This document shows, piece after piece, positions 1 to 9,170 of a DNA stretch of 32,000 nt. The notes beneath the pieces were generated by a model. It saw only the letters and a program-made list of their open reading frames with translations, searched no databases and was not told the DNA's origin. The translations under genes and the position numbers were made by a program. How positions within the stretch are numbered: the first letter of the stretch is position 1; each line of letters begins with the position of its first letter. The stretch is from Nitrosarchaeum sp. (GTDB taxonomy: Archaea; Thermoproteota; Nitrososphaeria; Nitrososphaerales; Nitrosopumilaceae), in assembly GCA_021414105.1 (NCBI GenBank), contig JAIOPB010000059.1:41761-73760 (forward strand), read 5' to 3'.

Positions 1-683
1 TTCCAACTAGTAATTCAAATCTTGAAACAATTGCAAAGTACATGTATATTTTTCCAATTGTAGGAATTGCAATTGGCTTGATTGTTGGTTCAATAGGCTT
101 TGGACTTTCATTATTTTTAGATCCATTGATAGTAAGTTTGTTAGTTGTTGCTTCATTTGCAATACTTACTGGCATACATCATACTGATGGTCTAGCAGAT
201 TTTGCTGATGGTCTGATGGTAAAGGGAACAAAAGAAAAAAAACTTGCAGCAATGAAAGATCTTTCTACTGGTTCTGCAGGAATAGTTGCAATAGTATTGT
301 ATATTGTCGGATTGATAATAGCAATCTCATTATCTACAGGATATCAATTATTCTTGGCAATTTTACTAAGTGAGATATTTGCAAAATTTTCAATGGTCTT
401 GATGGCAAGTATTGGAAAATCTGCATCTTTAGGCTCAAATTCGCCATTTGTTGAGCTGATGAAAAACAAAAAGAAGTTGTTATTGGCAGCTGTAATTACT
501 CTAATCCCATTGATTATTCTTGGTGGCACCACAGGATTGCTCTTATTTGGAGTAGGTGTGACATTGACCATGTTCCTAGTTGTCTTGACTGCTCGTAGCT
601 TTGGAGGAATTACAGGAGATGTATTGGGTGCTACAAACGAACTGACTCGATTGGCATCTCTTCTAATCTTTGTTTCAGTATGA
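1..683 (+). CDS. cobS: Adenosylcobinamide-GDP ribazoletransferase (cobalamin 5'-phosphate synthase), 5' end cut by window edge
   Basis: ORF 42..683 has the CobS signature HHTDGLADFADG and a polytopic hydrophobic profile. The frame (phase of nt 3) is open back to nt 1. The FPIVG motif lies about 30 aa deeper in characterised CobS proteins such as E. coli, so the true start is probably upstream of the window. Confidence 0.85.
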   Translation, partial: PTSNSNLETIAKYMYIFPIVGIAIGLIVGSIGFGLSLFLDPLIVSLLVVASFAILTGIHHTDGLADFADGLMVKGTKEKKLAAMKDLSTGSAGIVAIVLYIVGLIIAISLSTGYQLFLAILLSEIFAKFSMVLMASIGKSASLGSNSPFVELMKNKKKLLLAAVITLIPLIILGGTTGLLLFGVGVTLTMFLVVLTARSFGGITGDVLGATNELTRLASLLIFVSV

Positions 684-1264
684 TTGGTATTGTTATGGCA
701 GGTGGCAAAGGAAGCCGAATGAGCTTAGCTGGAGAAAAACTACTTTTAAAATACAAAAAACCTATAATTCTCCATGTAATTGATGCACTAGTAAATTCTA
801 AATGCTTTTCAAAAATATTAGCAATCACAAGTTCTAATTCACCAAAAACAAAGAAATTATTAGAAGAAAATAATGTTGATCTCTTTAATACTCCAGGTGA
901 TGGTTATGTCGAAGATCTTAATTTAGCTCTTAAATCATTAAATGACTTTGTTTTGATTACCTCTGCTGATTTGCCATTTTTAGATGGCGATATTATCAAA
1001 AACATTGTAAATCAATGCAATTCAGAAAATATTTGGACTACAATCCTTGTCACAAAAAAATTCCTGGAATCATTGCATCTTTCTTCTAATTATTGGATTA
1101 ATTTTGAAAATCAACAATGTTGCTATACGGGAATCTCATTAGTAAACGCAAAAAATATTTCAACACTAGAAAACATATCTGAGAAATTTATAATAATTAA
1201 TGATAAAAGAATAGCTTTTAACTTAAACACAAAACAAGACTATGATTTACTCAGCACTACCTGA
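680..1264 (+). CDS. cobY: Adenosylcobinamide-phosphate guanylyltransferase, archaeal CobY-type nucleotidyltransferase
   Basis: N-terminal IVMAGGKGSRM nucleotidyltransferase motif, about 190 aa, and an ATGA start/stop overlap with cobS. Archaea use CobY rather than CobU for this step. Confidence 0.7.
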   Translation: MIGIVMAGGKGSRMSLAGEKLLLKYKKPIILHVIDALVNSKCFSKILAITSSNSPKTKKLLEENNVDLFNTPGDGYVEDLNLALKSLNDFVLITSADLPFLDGDIIKNIVNQCNSENIWTTILVTKKFLESLHLSSNYWINFENQQCCYTGISLVNAKNISTLENISEKFIIINDKRIAFNLNTKQDYDLLSTT

Positions 1265-1444
1265 GATTTTTCCATTGATCTTTGCTTTAGAACCAGTTGG
1301 TTCAGCAATATTGTTGCCACAAGAATTGCATACAACAGCTTGCGATGCATGAGAATATACTACTTGTAACTCACCGCATTCATTACAGTTAACTTTCTGG
1401 AACTTACTTGATGGCTTTGGAATTTCAATATGATCTTTTTTCAT
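1247..1444 (-). CDS. rps27e: 30S ribosomal protein S27e
   Basis: 65 aa with a CxxC...CxxC zinc ribbon (CNECG...CNSCG) and the conserved S27e N-terminus. It lies directly downstream of L44e, as in the conserved archaeal operon. Confidence 0.95.
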   Translation of the reverse strand: MKKDHIEIPKPSSKFQKVNCNECGELQVVYSHASQAVVCNSCGNNIAEPTGSKAKINGKISGSAE

Positions 1445-1722
1445 GCTGCCACCAACTCAAATTTTCTTATTCTAATGCCTATTTTGTTATATTTCTTTTT
1501 ACATACTGTACATGTCATAATAGGAGTAACCTTCTTTGTAGTTTTTGCAGGCTTTGCGAGTTTTGGGAATTTTTGTCCACCATACCCTCGTTTACGTTCC
1601 GCATGTCTGCGTTCTCCTCTTGCAGAACCTCTTCTTTTCCCAGCCTTGTATATGGAGACCTTCTGTTCAGTATGTGTTTTACATTTTGCACAATACTTGC
1701 GGATGACCTTGGGTATGTTCAT
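1441..1722 (-). CDS. rpl44e: 50S ribosomal protein L44e (eL42)
   Basis: 93 aa, very basic, with YCAKCKTHT...CTVCKKK zinc-ribbon cysteines typical of L44e. ATGA overlap with rps27e. Confidence 0.95.
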   Translation of the reverse strand: MNIPKVIRKYCAKCKTHTEQKVSIYKAGKRRGSARGERRHAERKRGYGGQKFPKLAKPAKTTKKVTPIMTCTVCKKKYNKIGIRIRKFELVAA

Positions 1723-1744
1723 ATGAAAAAAACCGCTTCAACGG

Positions 1745-1753
1745 TAATTTAAG
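1745..1753. promoter_or_regulatory. Quasi-symmetric A/T element TAATTTAAG midway between the divergent rpl44e and adenine deaminase start codons
   Basis: Its centre (1749) is 27 nt from the rpl44e ATG (1722) and 22 nt from GTG 1771, within a 48-nt intergenic spacer. Confidence 0.4.
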
Positions 1754-1770
1754 CATTGAATCTATAATAG

Positions 1771-3555
1771 GTGCAAAATACAAGAAAATTTGTGACTTCG
1801 AGCCTAGCGAATTCGATTTCTTCATTAAATTCAGTGGCAATGGGTGACAAAAAAGCAGATCTAGTACTAAAAAATTGTTCCTTACTATCCGTTTACACCA
1901 GAGAGATCATTCCAAAAATTCAGATTGCAATAATTAATGATAGAATTGCATATGTTGGTCCAGATGCAGGACATACAATTGGAACAAAAACAACTATAAT
2001 TGATGTCAAGGAAAAATATGTAGGGCCAGGTTTTGCTGATCCACATTTACACATTGATCAATTTGTCTTACCTTCCGAACTTGCAAAAAAATCTCTTCTA
2101 TGTGGAGTAACATCACTTTTTTCAGATCCAATAGACATTGTCAGCGTATCTGGTTACAAAGGATTTCAAGAATTTCTAAAACTTGGTGAAGATTTACCAA
2201 TTCGAATATTTCAAGTTGTTCCAGGTGGTCTTCCTGTTGATGAAAAATTCAGTAATAGTAAAACTCTATCATTATCACAAGAAAAATTAGCAATCAAACA
2301 CCCTCATGTTCTAGGACTGGGCGAAGTTTTTTCATGGACCAAAGTTACACTTCGAGATCCTAAAACAATGAAATCACTGTCTGCTATGTTGGAAATGAAT
2401 TGCATAATTAATGGACATACTGCTGGAGCCAGTGAAAAAAAACTCAACGCGTATGTAGCATCTGGAATTTTGTCATGTCATGAACCTCTCAATTTTGATC
2501 AAGTCTTAGAAAGATTACGCCTAGGAATGTCAATCATGATAAGAGAAGGATCAATTAGGCGTGACTTGAAAGAAATTATTCCATGTGTATTGTCTCATGG
2601 AACAAGTCTTGACCGATTGATGTTTTGTTCTGATGGACTTGATCCTATAGATATTGTAAAGTATGGCCATATTGATCATTGTGTTAGAGAATCCATCAAA
2701 CTTGGTCTAAACCCAATAGATGCTATTTCAATGGCTTCAAAAAACTGCTTTGATTATTACAACATGAGCAAAGATTTGGGTGGTATTGCACCAGGAAAAC
2801 TTGCAGATATTTTAATTTTTGATGACTTGAAATCCATTAAACCCAACAAAGTCTTTGTAGGTGGAAAACTAGTTGTTTCAAACGGAAGTATTGTTACCTC
2901 AATAAAGAAAAAAATTATTCCTACATGGATTAAAAAAACAGTCAAACTCAACAAACTATCTACCAATGACTTTGATATTAAATCAAAAAAGAAAAGCATT
3001 ATTGCAAATACCATTTTTATGCAAACTGAAATTATAACGAAACTTGGCTCAGCAGAGCTATTTACTAAAGAAGGAAATGTTTTGACTTCTTTGGATAGAG
3101 ATGTGTGGAAAGTAGCAGCTTTTGATAGAATTCATGGAACCAACAAACATGCTATAGGATTTCTTGAAAATTTTGGAGCAGACATTGGCGCATTTGCATC
3201 AACTTGGAGTTTTCATGAGAATGACATGATTGTAATTGGCTCCAATGATTCTGATATGTCAATTGCTGCAAATACTCTTATAAAAAATCAGGGAGGTCTA
3301 GTTGTAATAAAATCTGGTAAAATTATTGCATCACTACCATTACAACTAGCAGGAATTATTTCCACTGATTCATTTGAAAAAGTTTTATCTAATTTTGAAC
3401 AAATCAATAATTCTATTGTCGATTCTGGTTGCAAGTTTTCAAGACCGCATCTGATCCCACTTTTCTTACCATTTCTTGCTCTTCCATCAATTCGTATTCT
3501 ATCTGGAGGAATTGTAGATGTTAAGAGACGATCTTACATTAATCCAATCAGCTAA
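1771..3555 (+). CDS. ade: Adenine deaminase (amidohydrolase superfamily)
   Basis: 594 aa. It has the metal-binding FADPHLHID motif, the ADLVLKN N-terminal strand and the two-domain length typical of adenine deaminase. The start is ambiguous: GTG 1771 or ATG 1840. Confidence 0.85.
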   Translation: MQNTRKFVTSSLANSISSLNSVAMGDKKADLVLKNCSLLSVYTREIIPKIQIAIINDRIAYVGPDAGHTIGTKTTIIDVKEKYVGPGFADPHLHIDQFVLPSELAKKSLLCGVTSLFSDPIDIVSVSGYKGFQEFLKLGEDLPIRIFQVVPGGLPVDEKFSNSKTLSLSQEKLAIKHPHVLGLGEVFSWTKVTLRDPKTMKSLSAMLEMNCIINGHTAGASEKKLNAYVASGILSCHEPLNFDQVLERLRLGMSIMIREGSIRRDLKEIIPCVLSHGTSLDRLMFCSDGLDPIDIVKYGHIDHCVRESIKLGLNPIDAISMASKNCFDYYNMSKDLGGIAPGKLADILIFDDLKSIKPNKVFVGGKLVVSNGSIVTSIKKKIIPTWIKKTVKLNKLSTNDFDIKSKKKSIIANTIFMQTEIITKLGSAELFTKEGNVLTSLDRDVWKVAAFDRIHGTNKHAIGFLENFGADIGAFASTWSFHENDMIVIGSNDSDMSIAANTLIKNQGGLVVIKSGKIIASLPLQLAGIISTDSFEKVLSNFEQINNSIVDSGCKFSRPHLIPLFLPFLALPSIRILSGGIVDVKRRSYINPIS

Positions 3556-3598
3556 GTAATGTTAAAAAGGGGGATACAAAGGATTGTAGCTTATCTCA

Positions 3599-5194
3599 AT
3601 GGCATCAATTCAACAAACACCAAATGGACCAGTTTTAGTTCTAAAAGAGAGCGCATTACAACAAAAAGGTAAAGATGCTCAACACAACAACATAGCTGCT
3701 GCCAAACTAGTCGCTGAACTAGTTAGAAGTAGTCTAGGTCCAAGAGGTTTAGATAAAATGTTAGTTGATTCCTTAGGCGATGTTACTATTACAAATGATG
3801 GTGCAACCATTCTAAAAGAAATTGATGTTCAACACCCAGCTGCCAAAATGATGGTAGAAATTTCAAAAACAGTTGATAATGAAGTAGGAGATGGTACTAC
3901 ATCATCAGTAGTTTTCGGAGGCGCTCTTTTAGCTAGAGCAGAAGATCTTCTCAAAAAAGACGTTCACCCATCAGTAATTATTGAAGGTTATCAAGCAGCA
4001 GCTGAAAAAACACTAGAAATTTACTCTGAAATGGCAAAAAAGATCAGACCTGATGATAGAGAAACACTTCTCAAGATTGCCACAACCAGTATGCAATCAA
4101 AACTAATCTCTGAAGACAGTGATGTACTATCCAAAGTTGTAGTTGATGCAATCTTAAGAGTTGCAATAAAAAAAGCAGAGACATATTCTGTAGATCTTGA
4201 AAATATCAAAGTTGAAAAGAAAGCAGGCGGTTCTATTACAGATACTCAAATTATCAAGGGCATTGTTTTAGATAAAGAAGTTGTTCATAGTGGTATGCCA
4301 ACTAAAATTGAGAAAGCAAAGATTGCACTTTTGAATTCTGCACTAGAAATTGAAAAAACTGAGATGAGTTCAGAAATAAGAATTACTGATCCTACACAAA
4401 TGCAAATGTTTTTGGAAGAAGAAAACAGAATGCTCAAAACAATGGTTGACAAACTTCACAATGTTGGCGTTAATGTATTAATTTGTCAAAAAGGAATTGA
4501 CGATATTGCACAACACTATTTAGCAAAATATGGTATTATGGCAGTTAGACGTGTTAAAGAAAGTGACATGATAAAACTTGGCAAAGCTACTGGAGGACGT
4601 GTTATCTCTAATCTTGATGATCTTACAGAAAAAGATCTTGGCATTGCTGATATTGCTCATCAAAAGAAAGTTGAATCCGACAAGTGGGTATTCATTGAAG
4701 GATGTAAAAATCCACAATCTGTAACTTTACTTATTCGAGGCGGCTCGCAAAGAGTTATCGATGAAGTTGATCGTTCAATTCATGATTCTCTAATGGTAGT
4801 AAAAGACGTAATTGAAAAACCAGAAATTGTTGCGGGAGGCGGAGCACCAGAATCATATGCCGCATCTAAACTAAAAGACTGGGCAGATAGCTTTGATGGT
4901 AGAGAACAACTTGCAATTAAAAAATATGCAGAGGCATTGGAGGTAATTCCTCTTACAATAGCAGAAAATGCAGGAATGGATCCTATTGATACAATGGCTA
5001 CACTTAGAGCAAAACAAAATCAGGGTCGTAAATGGACAGGAATTGATGCAAGAAATACAAAAATTGCAGATATGTTAGCTATTGATGTTGTAGAGCCTCT
5101 TGTAGTAAAAGAACAGATAATCAAATCTGCAACCGAAGCTGCCTGCATGATTCTTAGAATTGATGACGTAATTTCCGTTTCTGGCGCACGATAA
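3599..5194 (+). CDS. ths: Thermosome subunit (group II chaperonin)
   Basis: 531 aa with the group II chaperonin motifs [24 protein letters not shown] and VAGGGAPE. Confidence 0.97.
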   Translation: MASIQQTPNGPVLVLKESALQQKGKDAQHNNIAAAKLVAELVRSSLGPRGLDKMLVDSLGDVTITNDGATILKEIDVQHPAAKMMVEISKTVDNEVGDGTTSSVVFGGALLARAEDLLKKDVHPSVIIEGYQAAAEKTLEIYSEMAKKIRPDDRETLLKIATTSMQSKLISEDSDVLSKVVVDAILRVAIKKAETYSVDLENIKVEKKAGGSITDTQIIKGIVLDKEVVHSGMPTKIEKAKIALLNSALEIEKTEMSSEIRITDPTQMQMFLEEENRMLKTMVDKLHNVGVNVLICQKGIDDIAQHYLAKYGIMAVRRVKESDMIKLGKATGGRVISNLDDLTEKDLGIADIAHQKKVESDKWVFIEGCKNPQSVTLLIRGGSQRVIDEVDRSIHDSLMVVKDVIEKPEIVAGGGAPESYAASKLKDWADSFDGREQLAIKKYAEALEVIPLTIAENAGMDPIDTMATLRAKQNQGRKWTGIDARNTKIADMLAIDVVEPLVVKEQIIKSATEAACMILRIDDVISVSGAR

Positions 5195-5197
5195 ATC

Positions 5198-5203
5198 TTT
5201 TTT
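5198..5203 (+). terminator. Oligo-T tract directly after the thermosome stop codon (candidate archaeal terminator)
   Basis: T6 run 4 nt after TAA 5192-5194. Archaeal RNA polymerase terminates at oligo-T stretches. Confidence 0.3.
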
Positions 5204-5250
5204 ATATAATTAGCTAAAACTTAAGCAATCCAATTTTCATTAGATTACTG

Positions 5251-6114
5251 TTGTACAAACTAGGAATAGATCTTGGTGGAACTAAAATAGAAGCAATTCT
5301 TCTAGATGAAAATCTTGGCACAATTCAAAGAAAAAGAGTTCCAACTCCGCAAAATGATTATCATAAAATACTAAATACAATTAGTTTGCTGGCTGAATCT
5401 CTTTTAGAAGATATTGCAGATTATTCCATAGGAATCTGTACTCCTGGTGCAATTTCAAAAAAGACTGGCTTGATAAAAAACAGCAATACTCAATGTCTTA
5501 TAGGAAAACCACTCAAAGAGGATTTAGAAAATACATTTGATAAAAAAATCTCTATGGAAAATGATGCAAATTGTTTTGCAATAGCTGAATCTACAATGGG
5601 TGCTGCAAAAGAATTTGATGTTGTTTTTGGAGTAATAATGGGCACCGGTGTAGGCGGAGGTATAGTTATTGATAAAAAAATTCATCAAGGTAGAACCAAT
5701 ATAGCTGGAGAATGGGGACATCATACATTACATCAAAATGGAAATAATTGTTATTGTGGAAAACAAGGTTGTGTTGAGACATACATTAGTGGTCCCGCAT
5801 TAGAAAAACGATGGAAGGAACTAACTGGAAAATCACAAAACATGCCTGAAATTATACAAAATCTTGAAAATTCTCAGGCAAAACAATGGAAGGATGAATT
5901 TTTGGAAAACTTTGGATTTGGATTGGCAAATGTAATTGATATTTTAGATCCAGATGCAATAGTTTTAGGAGGTGGTTTATCTAATATTGATTTTTTATAC
6001 ACTGAGGGAAAAGATTCAGTACATCACAAGGTCTTTTCAGATTTAGTTGATACTCCAATTCTAAAAAACAAGTTAGGTGATTCTGCTGGAGTCTTTGGTG
6101 CAGCATTACTGTAA
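5251..6114 (+). CDS. ROK-family sugar kinase (glucokinase / N-acetylhexosamine kinase-like)
   Basis: LGIDLGGTK ATP-binding motif at residues 4-12, the ROK zinc motif CYCGKQGCVETYISG, and GEWGHH. A TTG start is required because no ATG precedes the DLGGT motif. Confidence 0.75.
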   Translation: MYKLGIDLGGTKIEAILLDENLGTIQRKRVPTPQNDYHKILNTISLLAESLLEDIADYSIGICTPGAISKKTGLIKNSNTQCLIGKPLKEDLENTFDKKISMENDANCFAIAESTMGAAKEFDVVFGVIMGTGVGGGIVIDKKIHQGRTNIAGEWGHHTLHQNGNNCYCGKQGCVETYISGPALEKRWKELTGKSQNMPEIIQNLENSQAKQWKDEFLENFGFGLANVIDILDPDAIVLGGGLSNIDFLYTEGKDSVHHKVFSDLVDTPILKNKLGDSAGVFGAALL

Positions 6115-6182
6115 AATCTAGTCTAAATTATTGCACATTCAGAATTTTATGACTATGTAAGCTATTTGATGTATAGATAATT

Positions 6183-6686
6183 TCAAATTAAATTATATTC
6201 TTTTACAATCTTCCATTTTTCTACCTCTGGAAAAAATTTTTGTATGACAAGCTTGTTTACAATAAATTCATTTTTAATATCTAATTCATTTATTATTTTG
6301 ATTTTTTCTTCTATTGGTAAGATTTTATAAATTAGACTTGTGTGTGGATTAAATTCATATTTTACAATTTTTTCAAAATGTTTTTTAAGATTTTTATAAA
6401 TCAATTCTAGCTGGTTATTCATTTTTAATTCTACGTATACTGTCTTCCATAACTCCTCCGACTGTAAAATTTCTGATTTTTCTACCAGAAATGAATTACA
6501 ATTCAGTGTTGTTTCTTTAGCAATACTCTCAATTAAGCTCATTTCTGAGTCTACCAACCCATAAACTGTAATGTGTGGTTCAAATTTTGGAGCATGATAT
6601 TTTTTTGCAAGTCCATCTATGATCTTCTTGAGATAATTTCTATCGTTTTCAGAAAAAGTAAGCCAAATTGCATGCATATTATTCAA
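6183..6686 (-). CDS. 2H phosphoesterase superfamily protein (LigT / cyclic phosphodiesterase-like)
   Basis: Two H-x-T/S-x motifs at the expected spacing (PHITVYG and PHTSLIY) in a 167-aa protein. Confidence 0.65.
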   Translation of the reverse strand: MNNMHAIWLTFSENDRNYLKKIIDGLAKKYHAPKFEPHITVYGLVDSEMSLIESIAKETTLNCNSFLVEKSEILQSEELWKTVYVELKMNNQLELIYKNLKKHFEKIVKYEFNPHTSLIYKILPIEEKIKIINELDIKNEFIVNKLVIQKFFPEVEKWKIVKEYNLI

Positions 6687-6692
6687 ATTTTA

Positions 6693-6956
6693 CTAAGGAC
6701 AGCCTTCCATTTTTGCAATAAAATAACCATTTGTCATTATCTCAATTTCAATTTCTTCTGATACAGATTGCGTATGACAAAACCTACATTCTTCTGTAGT
6801 GACTTTGGCATCTGTCTCTCCAATACTTTTTAGCCATTCTTTTGCAAATGTAATTGCCTTTTCTGTATCGTTTTTGTCAGTTATTACATCAAAATGCATG
6901 ATGTTTCCATTTTTTGACTTGACATATGTATCAAATACATGAAAACCCATAACCAT
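6693..6956 (-). CDS. Small conserved protein, DUF2024-like
   Basis: 87 aa. HVFDTYV...MHFDV...AKEWLKSIGE...CRFCHTQ matches my recollection of the DUF2024 family. It lies 6 nt upstream of the 2H phosphoesterase gene on the same strand. Confidence 0.55.
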   Translation of the reverse strand: MVMGFHVFDTYVKSKNGNIMHFDVITDKNDTEKAITFAKEWLKSIGETDAKVTTEECRFCHTQSVSEEIEIEIMTNGYFIAKMEGCP

Positions 6957-7024
6957 CTCAAAAAAATTTGATTATTAATGGATTACTTTTGAAATAATTG
7001 TGTAGAATTAGTGACATTCTATTT

Positions 7025-8572
7025 TTATTGCGGTTCAATTGTTGCAGGAGGTTTACTTGAAATTGCATATGTTACCCATGTTACGTCTTCTACCTCATTT
7101 GTAATTCGGTTGCTAATTTTTTCTAGCAATGCATGTGGTAATCTGGTCCAGTCTGCTGTCATCGCATCAATAGAATCTACTACCCTAATCATTACGATAT
7201 TTCCATATTTTCTTTCATCTCCTACCACTCCAACTGCTTTGTCATCGCCTACTGCTGCATATGCTTGCCACACTTTACCATAAAGTCCAGCTGCAATTAG
7301 TTCATCCTCTACAATCTTGCTTGCCACTTTAGCTATCTGAAGTTTTGTTGGAGTAACTTCGCCAATAATCCTCACAGCTAGTCCAGGTCCTGGAAATGGA
7401 TGTCGCATGAAAAGTTTTTCAGGAACTCCTAAAATTTTAGCTATTTTTCTTACTTCATCTTTGTATAGATCACGCAATGGCTCCAATATTTTCAAATCAA
7501 GCCAATCTGGTAGCCCACCTACATTATGATGTGATTTTATTACTGCAGCTGGACCTTTTGAAACTCCACTCTCTATTACATCTGGATACAATGTACCCTG
7601 TGCAAGCCACTTGAAAGGTCCATTTTTTTTTGCAAATTCAGTGAAAACATGAATAAATTCCTCACCTACAACCATTCTTTTTTTCTCAGGGTCTTCCACG
7701 CCTTTTAATTTGGACAAAAAAACTTGGGCAGCATTAACTGTTGTAAAATTTACATTAAAATTATTTTTAAACATCTCTTCAATTTCTTTTTCTTCATTTA
7801 ATCTCAAGAGTCCATTATTTACAAAAACACATTTTTGTCTATTGCCAATTGCTTTGTGAATCAGTAAAGCTGCTACCGTAGAATCTATTCCTCCACTTAC
7901 ACCGCACAGGACATTTCCTTCGATTTTTGAAATTTTTTCTACTGCAGCATCGATAAATCCCTCCATAGTCCAATCTTGTTTAGCACCACAAACCTTCAAG
8001 ACAAAATTCTTGAGGATTTCTGTTCCTTGTTCAGTATGAACAACCTCTGGATGAAACTGAATTCCGTAAATTGACTTTTCTTCTGATGCAATTGCCGCAG
8101 CCTTTGCACTTTCAGTATGTCCTATTACTTTGAATCCTGGCGGAATTTGTTCTGCTTCATCGCCATGACTCATCCATGCCCTAACTGATTCACCAATTCC
8201 GTTTAGGAGATCCTCATCACTATCAATTGTTAGTAACGATGAGCCATATTCTTTGTTGGCTCTTTTTACTTTACCGCCAAATTTATTTACAATTAGTTGA
8301 TGTCCGTAACAAATTCCAAGCAGTGGTAAATTCATATCAAAAATTTTACTTTCTGGAACAGGTGCGTCTGAATTATACACACTTGATGGACCTCCAGAAA
8401 AGATTATTCCTTTAGGATTGTGTTTTTGTAATTCCTCAAAACTAATATCAAAAGGAACAAGCTCTGCATATACGGAAAATTCTCTAATTCTTCTACAAAT
8501 CAAATGACTATACTGCGACCCAAAATCTAAAACTACTATCTTATCCATAAAATCACTTTTTGATGTTTTCAA
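7025..8572 (-). CDS. guaA: GMP synthase (glutamine-hydrolysing), fused GATase + ATP-pyrophosphatase
   Basis: 515 aa with VLDFGSQY, GICYGHQ and the SGGIDS PP-loop, plus a conserved C-terminal dimerisation domain. An alternative start at ATG 8548 (MDKIVVLDFG) would remove the 20-nt overlap with the upstream ORF. Confidence 0.97.
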   Translation of the reverse strand: MKTSKSDFMDKIVVLDFGSQYSHLICRRIREFSVYAELVPFDISFEELQKHNPKGIIFSGGPSSVYNSDAPVPESKIFDMNLPLLGICYGHQLIVNKFGGKVKRANKEYGSSLLTIDSDEDLLNGIGESVRAWMSHGDEAEQIPPGFKVIGHTESAKAAAIASEEKSIYGIQFHPEVVHTEQGTEILKNFVLKVCGAKQDWTMEGFIDAAVEKISKIEGNVLCGVSGGIDSTVAALLIHKAIGNRQKCVFVNNGLLRLNEEKEIEEMFKNNFNVNFTTVNAAQVFLSKLKGVEDPEKKRMVVGEEFIHVFTEFAKKNGPFKWLAQGTLYPDVIESGVSKGPAAVIKSHHNVGGLPDWLDLKILEPLRDLYKDEVRKIAKILGVPEKLFMRHPFPGPGLAVRIIGEVTPTKLQIAKVASKIVEDELIAAGLYGKVWQAYAAVGDDKAVGVVGDERKYGNIVMIRVVDSIDAMTADWTRLPHALLEKISNRITNEVEDVTWVTYAISSKPPATIEPQ

Positions 8573-9146
8573 GCATACGTGTAAGTGACCATCCTGCGGT
8601 GTTGATTATTTCATTTACTCTCTCTTTTTGCCTGTAATTTTTGATAATTATTTCTCTAATGTCTGAACCGTTTTTGTTAATTATGTAGTCAATTACTGAT
8701 TCTTTTTGGATTTTACCGTTTTCTGCTTCCGCAGAGTCTTTTCGCTTCATTTCTCCGATAATTCTATCAATAAAAAATGATTTGAATGGCGGTGTATCTG
8801 CGTTTATTCCCATATTGTCTTCTAAAACTATTGAGACCTGATCAGGTGTGATGTAAGCATTTGCAATAATTTTCCCATCACTTCCACTTGTTATGGGAAT
8901 TGAGCTTTCTTCTAATTTCTCAGTAAATGTAGCTGAAATTTTTGTAGATGGTTCTGAATTTTTTACTGTACTAAGAGCAGAAGCTTTTGTAAAACTAGAT
9001 TCTTTTAATACCAAATCTAAAATTGTTAGATTTTTTTCTAATAATTCTATAGCATTTTGATGCTTGTCAATTTGCTTGACCAAACTATCCCTCATAGCAA
9101 CAATGTCTCGTATTTGTTCTTCTGAGAATTTCACAATTTCTTTCAT
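8553..9146 (-). CDS. Hypothetical protein: N-terminal coiled-coil-like helix, S/T-rich linker, C-terminal globular domain
   Basis: A 197-aa ORF on the same strand as the flanking guaA and mptE-like genes. I recognised no motif. Coding status is supported only by length, codon style and operon context. Confidence 0.5.
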   Translation of the reverse strand: MKEIVKFSEEQIRDIVAMRDSLVKQIDKHQNAIELLEKNLTILDLVLKESSFTKASALSTVKNSEPSTKISATFTEKLEESSIPITSGSDGKIIANAYITPDQVSIVLEDNMGINADTPPFKSFFIDRIIGEMKRKDSAEAENGKIQKESVIDYIINKNGSDIREIIIKNYRQKERVNEIINTAGWSLTRMLENIKK

Positions 9147-9170
9147 ATGTATATGGGTATTAAATGCATT

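Noticed and set aside
42-44. ATG 42 as the true start of cobS.
   Set aside because: The frame remains open to the window edge. A start at 42 would remove the roughly 30 N-terminal residues, including the first TM segment, that are present in characterised CobS proteins.
1408-1752. Plus-strand ORFs of 114 aa and 98 aa (1408..1752 and 1430..1726).
   Set aside because: They are antisense to the clearly real L44e and S27e genes. Their F/C/L-rich composition is typical of shadow ORFs.
7011-7283. Other 60-115-aa ORFs antisense to strong genes: 7011..7283, 9592..9909, 11814..12101, 21686..21979, 22699..22971, 30509..30856 and similar entries in the track.
   Set aside because: Each lies wholly inside a gene with a confident family assignment on the other strand. 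None has a recognisable motif or an independent upstream region.
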